Shown here in pieces: positions 22,481 to 31,536 of a stretch of 64,000 nt of DNA. The DNA is taken from the NCBI GenBank assembly GCA_963824385.1, contig CAWGPD010000004.1:512001-576000 (forward strand), in the 5' to 3' direction. Source of the stretch: an uncultured Nitrososphaerota archaeon. GTDB lineage: Archaea; Thermoproteota; Nitrososphaeria; Nitrososphaerales; Nitrosopumilaceae. A program made the position numbers and the translations under genes. The notes beneath the pieces are model-generated. The model was given only the letters and a program-made list of their open reading frames with translations. It had not been told where the DNA came from and did not search any database. Each line of letters opens with the position of its first letter. Positions within the stretch are counted from its first letter, which is position 1.

Positions 22481-22621
22481 CTAACCGCCAGTTGCAGCAT
22501 CAAATAAGGCGCATTCACATTTATCACGTTCACCACAAAATGGGCAAACACATACACATTTTTCTAAAGGATTCCTACATTGGACACAAATAGCAAACTC
22601 ATCTTTGTGTTTCAATTGCAT
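22481..22621 (-). CDS. Cys-rich microprotein, 46 aa (below the ORF-track cutoff)
   Basis: Hand translation MQLKHKDEFAICVQCRNPLEKCVCVCPFCGERDKCECALFDAATGG*; 8 Cys; fills the intergenic gap. Confidence 0.75.
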   Translation of the reverse strand: MQLKHKDEFAICVQCRNPLEKCVCVCPFCGERDKCECALFDAATGG

Positions 22622-22754
22622 ATCATTACTTTGATTAATTATAAATGAGTTGTTGTAAAGGCGTAAAATGAATTAATTATGTGGATTTTTACTTGGGAAC
22701 AGTTGATTTTTCATCATGATACGCTTAAAATTGTCATTTACTCATTGAAAATAG

Positions 22755-23713
22755 TTGAAAATATTACTTACGCGAAGGCTTCATGATTTTGCTGTAAAGG
22801 AACTCAAAAAGAAATACGTTGTAGAAATCCACACTGGAAAGATTCCTATGCCAAAAAAATTACTGATATCAAAAATCAAGGATAAAGATGGCCTAATCTG
22901 TTACCCTTATGATTTCATAGATGCTGACGTAATTAATGCCGGGATTAAACTTAAGGCAATTTCTACCTATAGCGTTGGTTATGATCATATAGACATCAAG
23001 ACTGCTACGAGTAGAGGTATTACAGTTGGTTATACGCCAGAAGTATTGACCCGAGCTACTGCAGATATGACTATGGCTTTGATGTTATCTCTTTTTAGAA
23101 GAATACCTGAAGGTAACCAGATAATTCGCAAGGATAAATGGAATATAATATTTGGTCCCTATGATTTTCTTGGAACAGATCTATATCAAAAAACTCTAGG
23201 CATATTTGGAATGGGAAGAATAGGAAAAGCAGTAGCAAAAAGAGTGCAGGTTTTGAGATGAAGGTAATTTATCATAACAGAACTAGATTATCAATCAAGG
23301 AGGAAAAAAAAATAGGAGTAAAATACGTATCATTGAATAATCTTTTTAGAACAAGTGATGTTGTAAGTATTCATTCTCCGCATACACCTCAAACACATGA
23401 AATTGTGAATTTAAAATTATTAAAGAAAATGAAAAGAACTTCATTTTTAATTAATACTGCGCGTGGCAAAATAATTAATGAAAAAGATCTTGCAATTGCA
23501 TTACAAAGAAAAATAATTGCAGGAGCTGGACTTGATGTATTCCAAAAGGAGCCAATTAATTCCAAACATCCAATTGTAAAAACAAATAATTCTATACTAA
23601 CACCTCATAGTGGAAGTGCTACGATTGAAACTAGAAAAGAAATGGCAGAGATTGCAGTCAAGAATCTAGTACTTTCACTTGCTGGCAAAAAACCAATTTA
23701 CCAAATTAAATGA
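22755..23713 (+). CDS. D-2-hydroxyacid dehydrogenase (glyoxylate/hydroxypyruvate reductase-like; -1 frameshift at ~23244)
   Basis: VGYDHID, GIFGMGRIG, INTARG, AGLDVF, TPHSGS. Confidence 0.9.
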
Positions 23714-23732
23714 TATAATAATTAATTTAAAA

Positions 23733-23993
23733 TTAAAGCTCAATTAGATCATTTGGATCTATTTTGATACAACTAGTGCCTACAGGTTTTAAGCCAGTAA
23801 AATTAATAGTTCCTTGGGGAACTTTACCTTCTTTTTGGAGAGACTCTAACTTTTCAGTAAATGCATTTTTGTGCCCATCACATGCAACACCAACCATGTA
23901 TTCTCCATCTTCAGATTGGATAGAAATTACAAATTCAGGCGGCATTGGGCAATCCTTGCCCATTTTTCTAATAGAACAATGTTCAGGGAACAC
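23733..23993 (-). CDS. Small hypothetical protein, possibly Zn-binding
   Basis: CS-x7-C ... CDGH pattern in 86 aa. Confidence 0.65.
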   Translation of the reverse strand: MFPEHCSIRKMGKDCPMPPEFVISIQSEDGEYMVGVACDGHKNAFTEKLESLQKEGKVPQGTINFTGLKPVGTSCIKIDPNDLIEL

Positions 23994-24040
23994 AGATTCA
24001 TTTTTTGTTTTCAGAATATTAATCTTGATTCAAGTTATTT

Positions 24041-25330
24041 TCAGACAATAGTTTCAAAATCCCAAATAGAATCAGTCTTTCTGGGCTTATACTGTAATAG
24101 TCCTTTTTCCTGCATGGATTTTACTACAAATGCAGAATATGCAGGAGCCCCGGTTGCACCAGGAGAGTTGTAGTTTAGAACATGATATGAGTTTGGACCG
24201 GTAAGTTCTAGCACGTCTGGCAAGAAGTTTCCATCAGGAGTTATGATAGGAGTTCTAATTCCAGCAGTGCCTCGTTCAGAAAAGAACTCGGGTTTTACCT
24301 TTGGCATAAATTCTTGTACACGCTCAATCATGACAGTTTTTGACAAGGAACTCAGCCACTCCTTTGCCACCAAATTCATAAAATCTGCATTAAGAAGTAA
24401 TTTTCTTGTACTACCTGTTACTACCTCTGTGAGTTTAGAAATTAATGTTTCAACATCTCCTACATAGCCAGAATAAGTTTCAGGGCTTGGCACAGGAACT
24501 GCATTTGGGCCAACCTCACTTTTTCCATCAGATCTAATAATCCAATGAGGATCAAGAAAAGGAAAATCAGGATATTTTGGAACAGAGTAAACATTGGTCT
24601 TGACTAGATTAGAATATTGTTCACTTGCAATCCAGTATTCCCCTCTAAAATGAAGACTGGAATAATTATTTGCCAATCCAAACTTTTTTGCAATATCAAG
24701 GGAATAACCACCAGCACAGTTGACTATAATCTTTGAACTAATTTTTTCCTTATTTTGAAATGCAAGTTCTGTGGAACCATCTAGTTCTTCAATTGATTCT
24801 AGTTTTTTATTTAACAAAAATTTAGTCCCATTTCTTTGGGATTCTTCTTTTAGTTTTCTTGTAAATTCGCCATAATCAACCACCGCGTCAGTTTTACAAT
24901 GAATTGCAGAGTGACATCTGATATTTGGCTCTCTTTGGGCGACTTTATTACTATTTAGTAGTTCAATATCTTTCTCTGACATGCAATTTTTTTGACCCCA
25001 ATCCATATACTTTTCAAGAATTTTGTGTTGGTTTTCATCAAGTGCAACTTCCATGGTACCAACCATATTCCATGGCAATCCCTTTTTTTGGGCAAATGTC
25101 TTCCACATTTCATGAGAAAGAAATGCAGCTCTTGCAATTTTCCCTTTTTTGTCAGGATTAAGATAAAACGGAGAATGAACTACTCCCGTATTACGACTGC
25201 TAGTATGCATTGCAACGTCAGATTCTTTCTCAATTACTGCAACTTTTGCATCGTACAAATTTGAAATCCAATACGATATTGAAGTTCCAAGTAAACCTCC
25301 TCCAATTATTGCAATATCATATTTTTCCAA
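24041..25330 (-). CDS. FAD-dependent oxidoreductase, L-2-hydroxyglutarate oxidase (LhgO)-like
   Basis: IIGGG, HTSSRNTGVVH, FRGEY, PFLDPH, SPGAT. Confidence 0.85.
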   Translation of the reverse strand: MEKYDIAIIGGGLLGTSISYWISNLYDAKVAVIEKESDVAMHTSSRNTGVVHSPFYLNPDKKGKIARAAFLSHEMWKTFAQKKGLPWNMVGTMEVALDENQHKILEKYMDWGQKNCMSEKDIELLNSNKVAQREPNIRCHSAIHCKTDAVVDYGEFTRKLKEESQRNGTKFLLNKKLESIEELDGSTELAFQNKEKISSKIIVNCAGGYSLDIAKKFGLANNYSSLHFRGEYWIASEQYSNLVKTNVYSVPKYPDFPFLDPHWIIRSDGKSEVGPNAVPVPSPETYSGYVGDVETLISKLTEVVTGSTRKLLLNADFMNLVAKEWLSSLSKTVMIERVQEFMPKVKPEFFSERGTAGIRTPIITPDGNFLPDVLELTGPNSYHVLNYNSPGATGAPAYSAFVVKSMQEKGLLQYKPRKTDSIWDFETIV

Positions 25331-25373
25331 TGATCTGAAAATACCATAGAGAGATTAATGGATTTGTAAAAGG

Positions 25374-25472
25374 CGCCGGGAGAGAGATTTGAACTCTCGA
25401 ACCCTTGCGAGTACGCGCTTTATGGTTTACTAATTTCCAGGCGCGCGCCCTACCAGGCTAGGCGACCCCGGC
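25374..25472 (-). tRNA. tRNA-Ser(GGA) with a 15-nt intron at 37/38 (25420-25434)
   Basis: Reverse complement GCCGGGGTCGCCTAGCCTGGTAGGGCGCGCGC-CTGGAA[ATTAGTAAACCATAA]A-GCGCG...GAGAGTTCAAATCTCTCTCCCGGCG; long variable arm, G73. Confidence 0.93.
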
Positions 25473-25531
25473 ATTTATCTCGCCAATTCAATTTCGTTGT
25501 AAAACCGACTATATATTACTGTAAGAGATGA

Positions 25532-26215
25532 TCAGTTCACAAACTTTTTTCTGTAAATAACAGCAACTATTGTAGACCCTATGAAGGGAGCAGTCCAGTA
25601 TAACCAAAGATCATTAAGATATCCAGATATTATTGCAGGTGCTAATGCCCTTGCTGGATTCATGGAAGCTCCTGAAATAAACGCCAAAAAGAAGATATCA
25701 AGACCCACCATTGTACCGATTACAATTCCACCAAATCCTTTTAGTCCTTTTGTATGAACAACCACCATAATTACAGCCATCAGTAATGCAGTAGCTATAA
25801 TCTCAACACTCACAATGAGAGGAATAGGAAAATAATAATCTGGGGCGTTTGCTCCAAGATTTGCTTCCGTTCCTATAATGTATTTTACAAAGATACTACC
25901 TAACAGTGCGCCGATTATCTCTGCAACAAGATATAGCGGAAAGAGATTTTTTGGCATGTGTTTTGTAATAAAAAATCCGACAGTTACTGCAGGATTAAAG
26001 TGAGCCATGGATATTTTCCCAAATGCATATACCATTACCGCTACTGCAACCGCTGGAGCCAAAGCTACAAACCATAGACCAAATATTCCAGAATATTTTA
26101 CAGCCAATACAACAGAACCTGTTGCAAATACTACTACAATAAATGTACCAATTAATTCAGCAAAGAATCTTTTTTGGTTTGAGGATAATCTGTTTGCTAT
26201 TCTAGAGTTTTGCAA
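25532..26215 (-). CDS. MIP family aquaporin, putative arsenite channel
   Basis: HFNPAVT and SMNPARA motifs; last gene of the ars cluster. Confidence 0.92.
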   Translation of the reverse strand: MQNSRIANRLSSNQKRFFAELIGTFIVVVFATGSVVLAVKYSGIFGLWFVALAPAVAVAVMVYAFGKISMAHFNPAVTVGFFITKHMPKNLFPLYLVAEIIGALLGSIFVKYIIGTEANLGANAPDYYFPIPLIVSVEIIATALLMAVIMVVVHTKGLKGFGGIVIGTMVGLDIFFLAFISGASMNPARALAPAIISGYLNDLWLYWTAPFIGSTIVAVIYRKKFVN

Positions 26216-26619
26216 AGTTGTCTCACCTTTAGTTCAATTGTATCTCTAATCTCTCTGACTTTATCAATTGATTTACCCTTAGGATCTTCAATATTCCAGT
26301 CAACAGAATGTTTCACAAAAAGTGCAGGACATTCAGTTTTATCCATACATCCCATGTTTATGTTTAGAATCGAATCTGAAATAATCTCATTAGTTAGCAC
26401 CTTGGGTTTCTGTTTGCCAAGGTCTATGCCAATTTCTTTCATTGCTTCTACTGCAATAGGATTAATTTCTGGTGTGGGTTTTGTTCCAGCACTTACTGCT
26501 TCATATCCATTTGGTGCATATTTCCTAAAGAAACCTTCTGCCATCTGGCTTCGTCCAGCATTTTCAACGCAAACAAATAGAATCTTTTTTTTGTCATTTG
26601 ATTTCCCAAAAAAATTCAT
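26197..26619 (-). CDS. arsC: Arsenate reductase (LMW-PTP fold, thioredoxin-type)
   Basis: P-loop CVENAGRSQMAE, MGCMDKTECP resolving Cys pair, WNIEDP. Confidence 0.88.
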   Translation of the reverse strand: MNFFGKSNDKKKILFVCVENAGRSQMAEGFFRKYAPNGYEAVSAGTKPTPEINPIAVEAMKEIGIDLGKQKPKVLTNEIISDSILNINMGCMDKTECPALFVKHSVDWNIEDPKGKSIDKVREIRDTIELKVRQLCKTLE

Positions 26620-26625
26620 AAAAAA

Positions 26626-27384
26626 TCACTTTATTGCTTTAATTACAAGACTGGTGATTTTTCTGCCATTTACTTTTTCACCTTCCAGGTACACCCGCTG
26701 ATCTAGAACACTGACATCGTGAAATCCTGCTTTCTTGATACTTTCGATATAATGTTCTTGTGTTAATGCACCATCAATACAACTGCACCATTGCTCTGCA
26801 TTGACTTGGTCTTGTTCTATCTCCTTATCGGTTACTAGATCAGAGATTACCATTCTTCCACCTTTTTTTAATATTCTATAAACTTCCTTAAACGCACTTG
26901 TCTTATCTGAAGTAAGATTAATCACACAGTTACTGATTACAACATCAATGGCTTCATCATTAACTGGAATATTTTTTTCAATGTCTCCTTTTCTAAATTC
27001 TACATTTGTATAATTGCCGACTAGTGCATATGTTCTTGCTTTATCCAACATTTCATCAGTCATGTCAATGCCAATTACTTTGCCTGATTTTGTTACCTTG
27101 TTTGCAGACAGGAATGCATCAATTCCTGCACCTGAACCAAGATCTAGAACCGTTTCACCTTCCTTAAGATCTGCAAATTTTATTGGTGCACCACACCCGA
27201 CACCTAAAATAGATTCTTGTGGAATTGATTCTAATTCTTTTGGATCATAGCCAATTATTTTTGTAGCATCAATAACAGAATCATTTGTACTACATTCGCC
27301 GGGCATGCAACAACAGTCAGAGTTGCCAGTCAATGCAATCTTGCCATATCGCTCCTTTACCTTTTCTTTTATTACATCATTCAT
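26626..27384 (-). CDS. arsM: Arsenite S-adenosylmethionine methyltransferase
   Basis: GVGCGAP, LDLGSGAGID, ISNCVINL, WCSCIDGAL; N-terminal CCC. Confidence 0.92.
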   Translation of the reverse strand: MNDVIKEKVKERYGKIALTGNSDCCCMPGECSTNDSVIDATKIIGYDPKELESIPQESILGVGCGAPIKFADLKEGETVLDLGSGAGIDAFLSANKVTKSGKVIGIDMTDEMLDKARTYALVGNYTNVEFRKGDIEKNIPVNDEAIDVVISNCVINLTSDKTSAFKEVYRILKKGGRMVISDLVTDKEIEQDQVNAEQWCSCIDGALTQEHYIESIKKAGFHDVSVLDQRVYLEGEKVNGRKITSLVIKAIK

Positions 27385-27801
27385 TTTAATCCCTTGACAA
27401 GTTCTTTTACTCTAATTTCTATCCCATCTCTTATCTCTCGAACTTTCTCTATTGGCTTGTCTTTAGGATCCTCAATTCCCCAATCTACATACCTACCAAG
27501 AATAAGAGTTGGACATTCTGCAGTATCCATGCATCCCATATTCACCTTCAATTCTGCACCTCGGATTTGTTCATCAGATAACCTCTTTGCCTTGTGATTG
27601 CTGATATCTACTCCAGTCTTCTTTCATTACCTCTATTGCAAGTGGATTAACATATGATTTTGGAACAGAACCACCACTCATTGCACTCCAACCCTTTGGG
27701 GCATATTTTCTAAAGAAACCTTCTGCCATCTGACTTCGTCCAGCATTTTCTATGCATGCAAACAAGACATATTTTTCTGGTTTTTTCCCAAACAATCCCA
27801 T
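27381..27801 (-). CDS. arsC: Second arsenate reductase (frameshift at ~27617)
   Basis: CIENAGRSQMAE; after repair ...MGCMDTAECP...WGIEDP...KGLK*, with the stop overlapping the arsM ATG (ATGA). Confidence 0.85.
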
Positions 27802-27808
27802 TGTATCT

Positions 27809-27872
27809 CTGACATTAGTTTAGTCAGTAAACCATTTAAGTTGTCAAGGATAAACAATTACAGTTAGTGTAA
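27809..27872. promoter_or_regulatory. Divergent arsC/hxlR promoter region with two short palindromes (candidate operators)
   Basis: CTGAC-N9-GTCAG at 27809-27827 and TTACA-N5-TGTAA at 27858-27872. Confidence 0.4.
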
Positions 27873-27874
27873 AG

Positions 27875-28255
27875 ATGGAAACTAAAAGAAAATCACTTCC
27901 AATGGTTAAAGATAGTTGTAGTTTTGAAGGATATGATGCCTCTTCATTAATGTCTGAAACATCAAAGCTGAGAAAAATAATTACAAAAAGGGGCACACTT
28001 GAAATTCTAATTCCATTATGTTGTACGACAGAACCAGTACGCCATAAAGAATTCAAACAGGCATTAAAGGGGATAAGCAGTAAGACTCTTGCCATCAGAT
28101 TAAAAGAACTTGAAAAAAGTGGAGTGTTAGAAAGATTATCTTATAATGAAATTCCTCCTAGGGTGGAATACAAGCTAACTAACAAAGGGCAAGAACTTGT
28201 TGAGTCCATGATTAATCTTTTGCAATGGATGAAAAAATGGTCTAAATCAAAATAG
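27875..28255 (+). CDS. HxlR-family winged-helix transcriptional regulator
   Basis: GISSKTLAIRLKELE, YNEIPPRVEYKLT.KG; Cys15, Cys49, Cys50. Confidence 0.9.
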   Translation: METKRKSLPMVKDSCSFEGYDASSLMSETSKLRKIITKRGTLEILIPLCCTTEPVRHKEFKQALKGISSKTLAIRLKELEKSGVLERLSYNEIPPRVEYKLTNKGQELVESMINLLQWMKKWSKSK

Positions 28256-28291
28256 ATATTGCCTAGAATTGAGTGTTTTTCATTTTAAAGA

Positions 28292-28741
28292 TTATTTCAA
28301 TAGATTTATGGCAACAGATTTTGTCAATGAGACTCCTGTATCCTCAATGGTATTTGATACTATCTTGTATCTTCCCTGATATGCGTTTCCGCCATCAGAT
28401 TTTGTTTGATTCCAGACAAATGTTTTTTCTTCTTTTGGTTCTAATGTAGAGATTACCTGTGAAGACAAGGGGGAATAGACTAGAATTCCATCAAGCCTAG
28501 TTATCTTTAATCCATAAGAAGTGTCAGAAAATGTAAGAGGTAGGGTTCCTGAATTTATGATTCTAATGTGAACCGGTTCTCCAATATGATAGTTAATTTT
28601 ATCAGGAATGAGAGTAAGAGATGGGCCGTTCTCATATACAAGAGTTGGAACCTGATTTGCAATTTGAGAAAGATAATATCCCAAGAAGCCAGCTGATACT
28701 ACTCCCACTATGAAAAAGATTGCAGCGCCTTTTGGTATCAC
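28292..28741 (-). CDS. Membrane-anchored Ig-like protein (resembles the BsuPI domain)
   Basis: N-terminal TM helix; NSGTLPLTF...LEPKEEKTFVWNQ...GRYKI beta-sandwich pattern. Confidence 0.6.
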   Translation of the reverse strand: MIPKGAAIFFIVGVVSAGFLGYYLSQIANQVPTLVYENGPSLTLIPDKINYHIGEPVHIRIINSGTLPLTFSDTSYGLKITRLDGILVYSPLSSQVISTLEPKEEKTFVWNQTKSDGGNAYQGRYKIVSNTIEDTGVSLTKSVAINLLK

Positions 28742-28766
28742 TTGAAAAATTTAATTTGATTCCTTT

Positions 28767-29765
28767 TTAATTGTTAACTACGGGCTTTGTTCTCCAACTT
28801 TTTGGATATGTGTTTGGAGCCATGATAATTCTCTTAATCTTAAAGGCAAAGCCTTTGGTATTTTCAATAATCTCATCTTCATTCAGAGTTGCTTCTGCAA
28901 GAGCTACAACCTCTCCTTTTTGTGTGTATATTGCAACAAAATCTCCACGCTTCAGTCCAGGAGATATTTCAAGAATACCAGGTATTGCAAGTTGAGCTCC
29001 ATGACACAGAGCATCTACTGCAGAATCTCTTATTACAACTGATTTTATCTCGCTTAGAGTAAATTCTATTGGCATCATTATTCTTCTTAGTTTTTTATCA
29101 TCACCATTTTCTTTCCACAAAGCATAGGCATCGACAAGATCGTGTATTTTTACTAAATTAGAATCCTCATTGAAGTGTCCCACCCTACTTCTTCGGAGCT
29201 CAATCATTGTTGCACCTTCACCAAGAATCTCTCCCATATCATAGAAAATTTTTCGGACATAGGTTCCTGCTTCACACAAAATTCGTAAAAGTAGCAATCT
29301 TTCCTTTTGTTCTATGACTTCAATTTCATACACATGTCTAATTCTGGTTTGTCTTGATACAGCAGATCTCTGCGGTGGTTTTTGAAATATTTTACCAGTA
29401 AGTTGTTTGAGTACATCAGCCAATTTTTCTTTGGGTGGAAGTGTATGCAGTCTTCCAAGAGCATGATATTCTTTTGGACCAAGTAATAAAACTATGAGAG
29501 CCTTTGTTGCTTCTCCTAGTCCTATTGGTAAAAGTCCAGATACTTGCGGGTCAAGTGTTCCACTATGACCTGCTTTTGGAACATTCAATATTTTCTTTAC
29601 CCATGCTACAGTTTCATGACTTGTAGGACCATTTGGTTTGTCTAACAAAATAAAACCATAGTTGAGAAGCTGCTCTATTGATCTCTGGTCATAATACGTA
29701 CCATGGGCATCATTTGTGATGTCCTGGTCGATTACTCTAAGATTTTGTAATTGTTTGAGTGTCAT
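28767..29765 (-). CDS. cbf5: H/ACA pseudouridine synthase Cbf5
   Basis: DKPNGPTSHE, GHSGTLDP, QKPP, CEAGTY, PUA domain. Confidence 0.96.
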   Translation of the reverse strand: MTLKQLQNLRVIDQDITNDAHGTYYDQRSIEQLLNYGFILLDKPNGPTSHETVAWVKKILNVPKAGHSGTLDPQVSGLLPIGLGEATKALIVLLLGPKEYHALGRLHTLPPKEKLADVLKQLTGKIFQKPPQRSAVSRQTRIRHVYEIEVIEQKERLLLLRILCEAGTYVRKIFYDMGEILGEGATMIELRRSRVGHFNEDSNLVKIHDLVDAYALWKENGDDKKLRRIMMPIEFTLSEIKSVVIRDSAVDALCHGAQLAIPGILEISPGLKRGDFVAIYTQKGEVVALAEATLNEDEIIENTKGFAFKIKRIIMAPNTYPKSWRTKPVVNN

Positions 29766-30321
29766 AGTAGTATTTCACTGCATTTTTTGCCTGTTCAAGA
29801 ACTTGTTCAGGTCCAAGATCATCTGTATTTATTATTTTATCAAAGACAGAAAGGTCTTCTCCAAAATTAAAATCATAAAGCTTCTTGTATAATGTCTTAT
29901 TTTCATCGTATCTCTTTTTTACTATTCCCAATGCGTCTTGTAATGATATACTATCTCGCATTGTCATTCTTTTTGCACTATTTTCATGAGAACCTGCAAG
30001 CCAAATTTTAATTCCGTCTTTAACTAACCAAGGCAATGTGTCACTTGTTATGATTACATCTTCAGTTAGAAATATTTTTTTTAATTTTTCGTCAACTTCT
30101 TTATCAAATTCTGAATTTGCTTTTCTGATATTAAGAAAACTCATTCCTTCTGACGTATCCCAAAAATCATCATTATCTGTTTCAAAGCCTTGTTCCTTGG
30201 CCATTTCTTTTAGCACATCACCACCGCTAAGATATTTCAAGCCAAATTCTTCTCCCAATCCTTTTGCTATGGTAGTCTTTCCTATGGCTGGTGGACCAGA
30301 AATTATAACTGAACGAAGCAA
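29737..30321 (-). CDS. cmk: Cytidylate kinase
   Basis: ISGPPAIGKTT, SGGD; operon position. Confidence 0.9.
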   Translation of the reverse strand: MLRSVIISGPPAIGKTTIAKGLGEEFGLKYLSGGDVLKEMAKEQGFETDNDDFWDTSEGMSFLNIRKANSEFDKEVDEKLKKIFLTEDVIITSDTLPWLVKDGIKIWLAGSHENSAKRMTMRDSISLQDALGIVKKRYDENKTLYKKLYDFNFGEDLSVFDKIINTDDLGPEQVLEQAKNAVKYYYDTQTITKS

Positions 30322-30322
30322 T

Positions 30323-30956
30323 TTAACTTGTATCCATTGTAGTTTTTGTAACTCTCATTATGATACCACTAAAGGAGGCAGACGATAAGAAGTACCATGC
30401 CCAGAAATACAAATCGTTTACATGATGACAAATGTTGGGATTACCAGGAATTTGAGAAGATGCTACTTTTGCCGCAGTACAAGTTAATTCAAAAAATCCT
30501 CCAGGTATAATGTTTAACGATATTGGTGCAACAGACTACTGTATAGGAAAATAGTGGAGGAAGCACAAAATAGAATACTAGAATCAATGGGAGAAAAGTA
30601 ATCATCATAGGTCTCATATTCATTTGCATAACTTCCATGTTCATCTTGTTCATGTATGCAGATTTCTTGTTAAGCTCATCAGTTTTTTCTTGATCTTTTG
30701 ATTTGAATGCAGCCATTCTTTCCTTTTGCCAAGCTCTTGTTTCTTTGAGTAATCTTTTCAATTTATCTTGGTCAACCATCTTTCGTTTTATTATAGCATT
30801 AAGCAGATTAAGACCAATAGAGATACACATTATTCCTAAAGCAGCTGGAACCATTCCCTTTACTATCGGATTTGCACTTCCCATTGGACCCCTGTTTAGA
30901 CCTGGGATTTGTAGTGCTATTGTATTTATGAAATCAAAGAATATACTATGTTCCAT
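30323..30956 (-). CDS. EMC3/TMCO1 (DUF106, Oxa1 superfamily) membrane protein (frameshift at ~30535)
   Basis: TM-coiled coil-MRPMMITFLP; repaired C-terminus ...LYFWAWYFLSS... Confidence 0.85.
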
Positions 30957-31536
30957 TGTTAAACCCCATTGCACTTAGGATACCTCTAGCCGCTTCATCA
31001 ACCTTACCCTCAGTATTAAGAACCATCTTGATTGGTGAGCCACAAAGTATTGAACAAGTAGACAACATTGCACTTGTAACATCAAGTTCTTTTTTTATTG
31101 CATCAATTGATACTATATCTCTAGTTCGGGTAGTGTCTGTCATTCTACGATTATAGATCTCTTCGGGTCTTGCCGATATCATAATAAAACTATCAGGATT
31201 GAGTATCTCTAAAACATTTTGTGGAAGTCCAGGATAGAATCCCTCCTGCGTAGAAATGAATGCATGAGTATCTACAATCACTACATCATCAGAGATTGAA
31301 GCTATTGTTCTTGCTGCCATAGATTGCAATTCTCTTTGCTCTTTAACTGAAAGTTTTCTTAGATCATCCCTATTCTGAACTCCTTTCTTTTTAGCTTCAT
31401 CAAACATCACGGTTCCAAAAATTGAGACGCTTACTTTGACATTTTTCTCTTTTAATAATTCCACTACGCGTGATACAACTGTAGTCTTTCCAACACCTGG
31501 AATTCCTACAATTATTACTCGATTACTTTCTGCCAA
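30946..31536 (-). CDS. adkA: Archaeal adenylate kinase
   Basis: GIPGVGKTT, FGTVM, RDDLRKL, DTH, GFYPGLP. Confidence 0.95.
   Translation of the reverse strand: MAESNRVIIVGIPGVGKTTVVSRVVELLKEKNVKVSVSIFGTVMFDEAKKKGVQNRDDLRKLSVKEQRELQSMAARTIASISDDVVIVDTHAFISTQEGFYPGLPQNVLEILNPDSFIMISARPEEIYNRRMTDTTRTRDIVSIDAIKKELDVTSAMLSTCSILCGSPIKMVLNTEGKVDEAARGILSAMGFNNGT

Noticed and set aside
26197..26215. ArsC-aquaporin fusion hidden by a frameshift
   Set aside because: ArsC ends at the same length as its paralogue and there is no damaged AGCT at the junction; a 19-bp overlap with a TTG start is sufficient.
25374..28290. ars cluster as a tRNA-integrated genomic island
   Set aside because: It lies on the 5' side of tRNA-Ser, and I saw no integrase and no duplicated tRNA end. 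Horizontal origin remains possible but is unsupported here.
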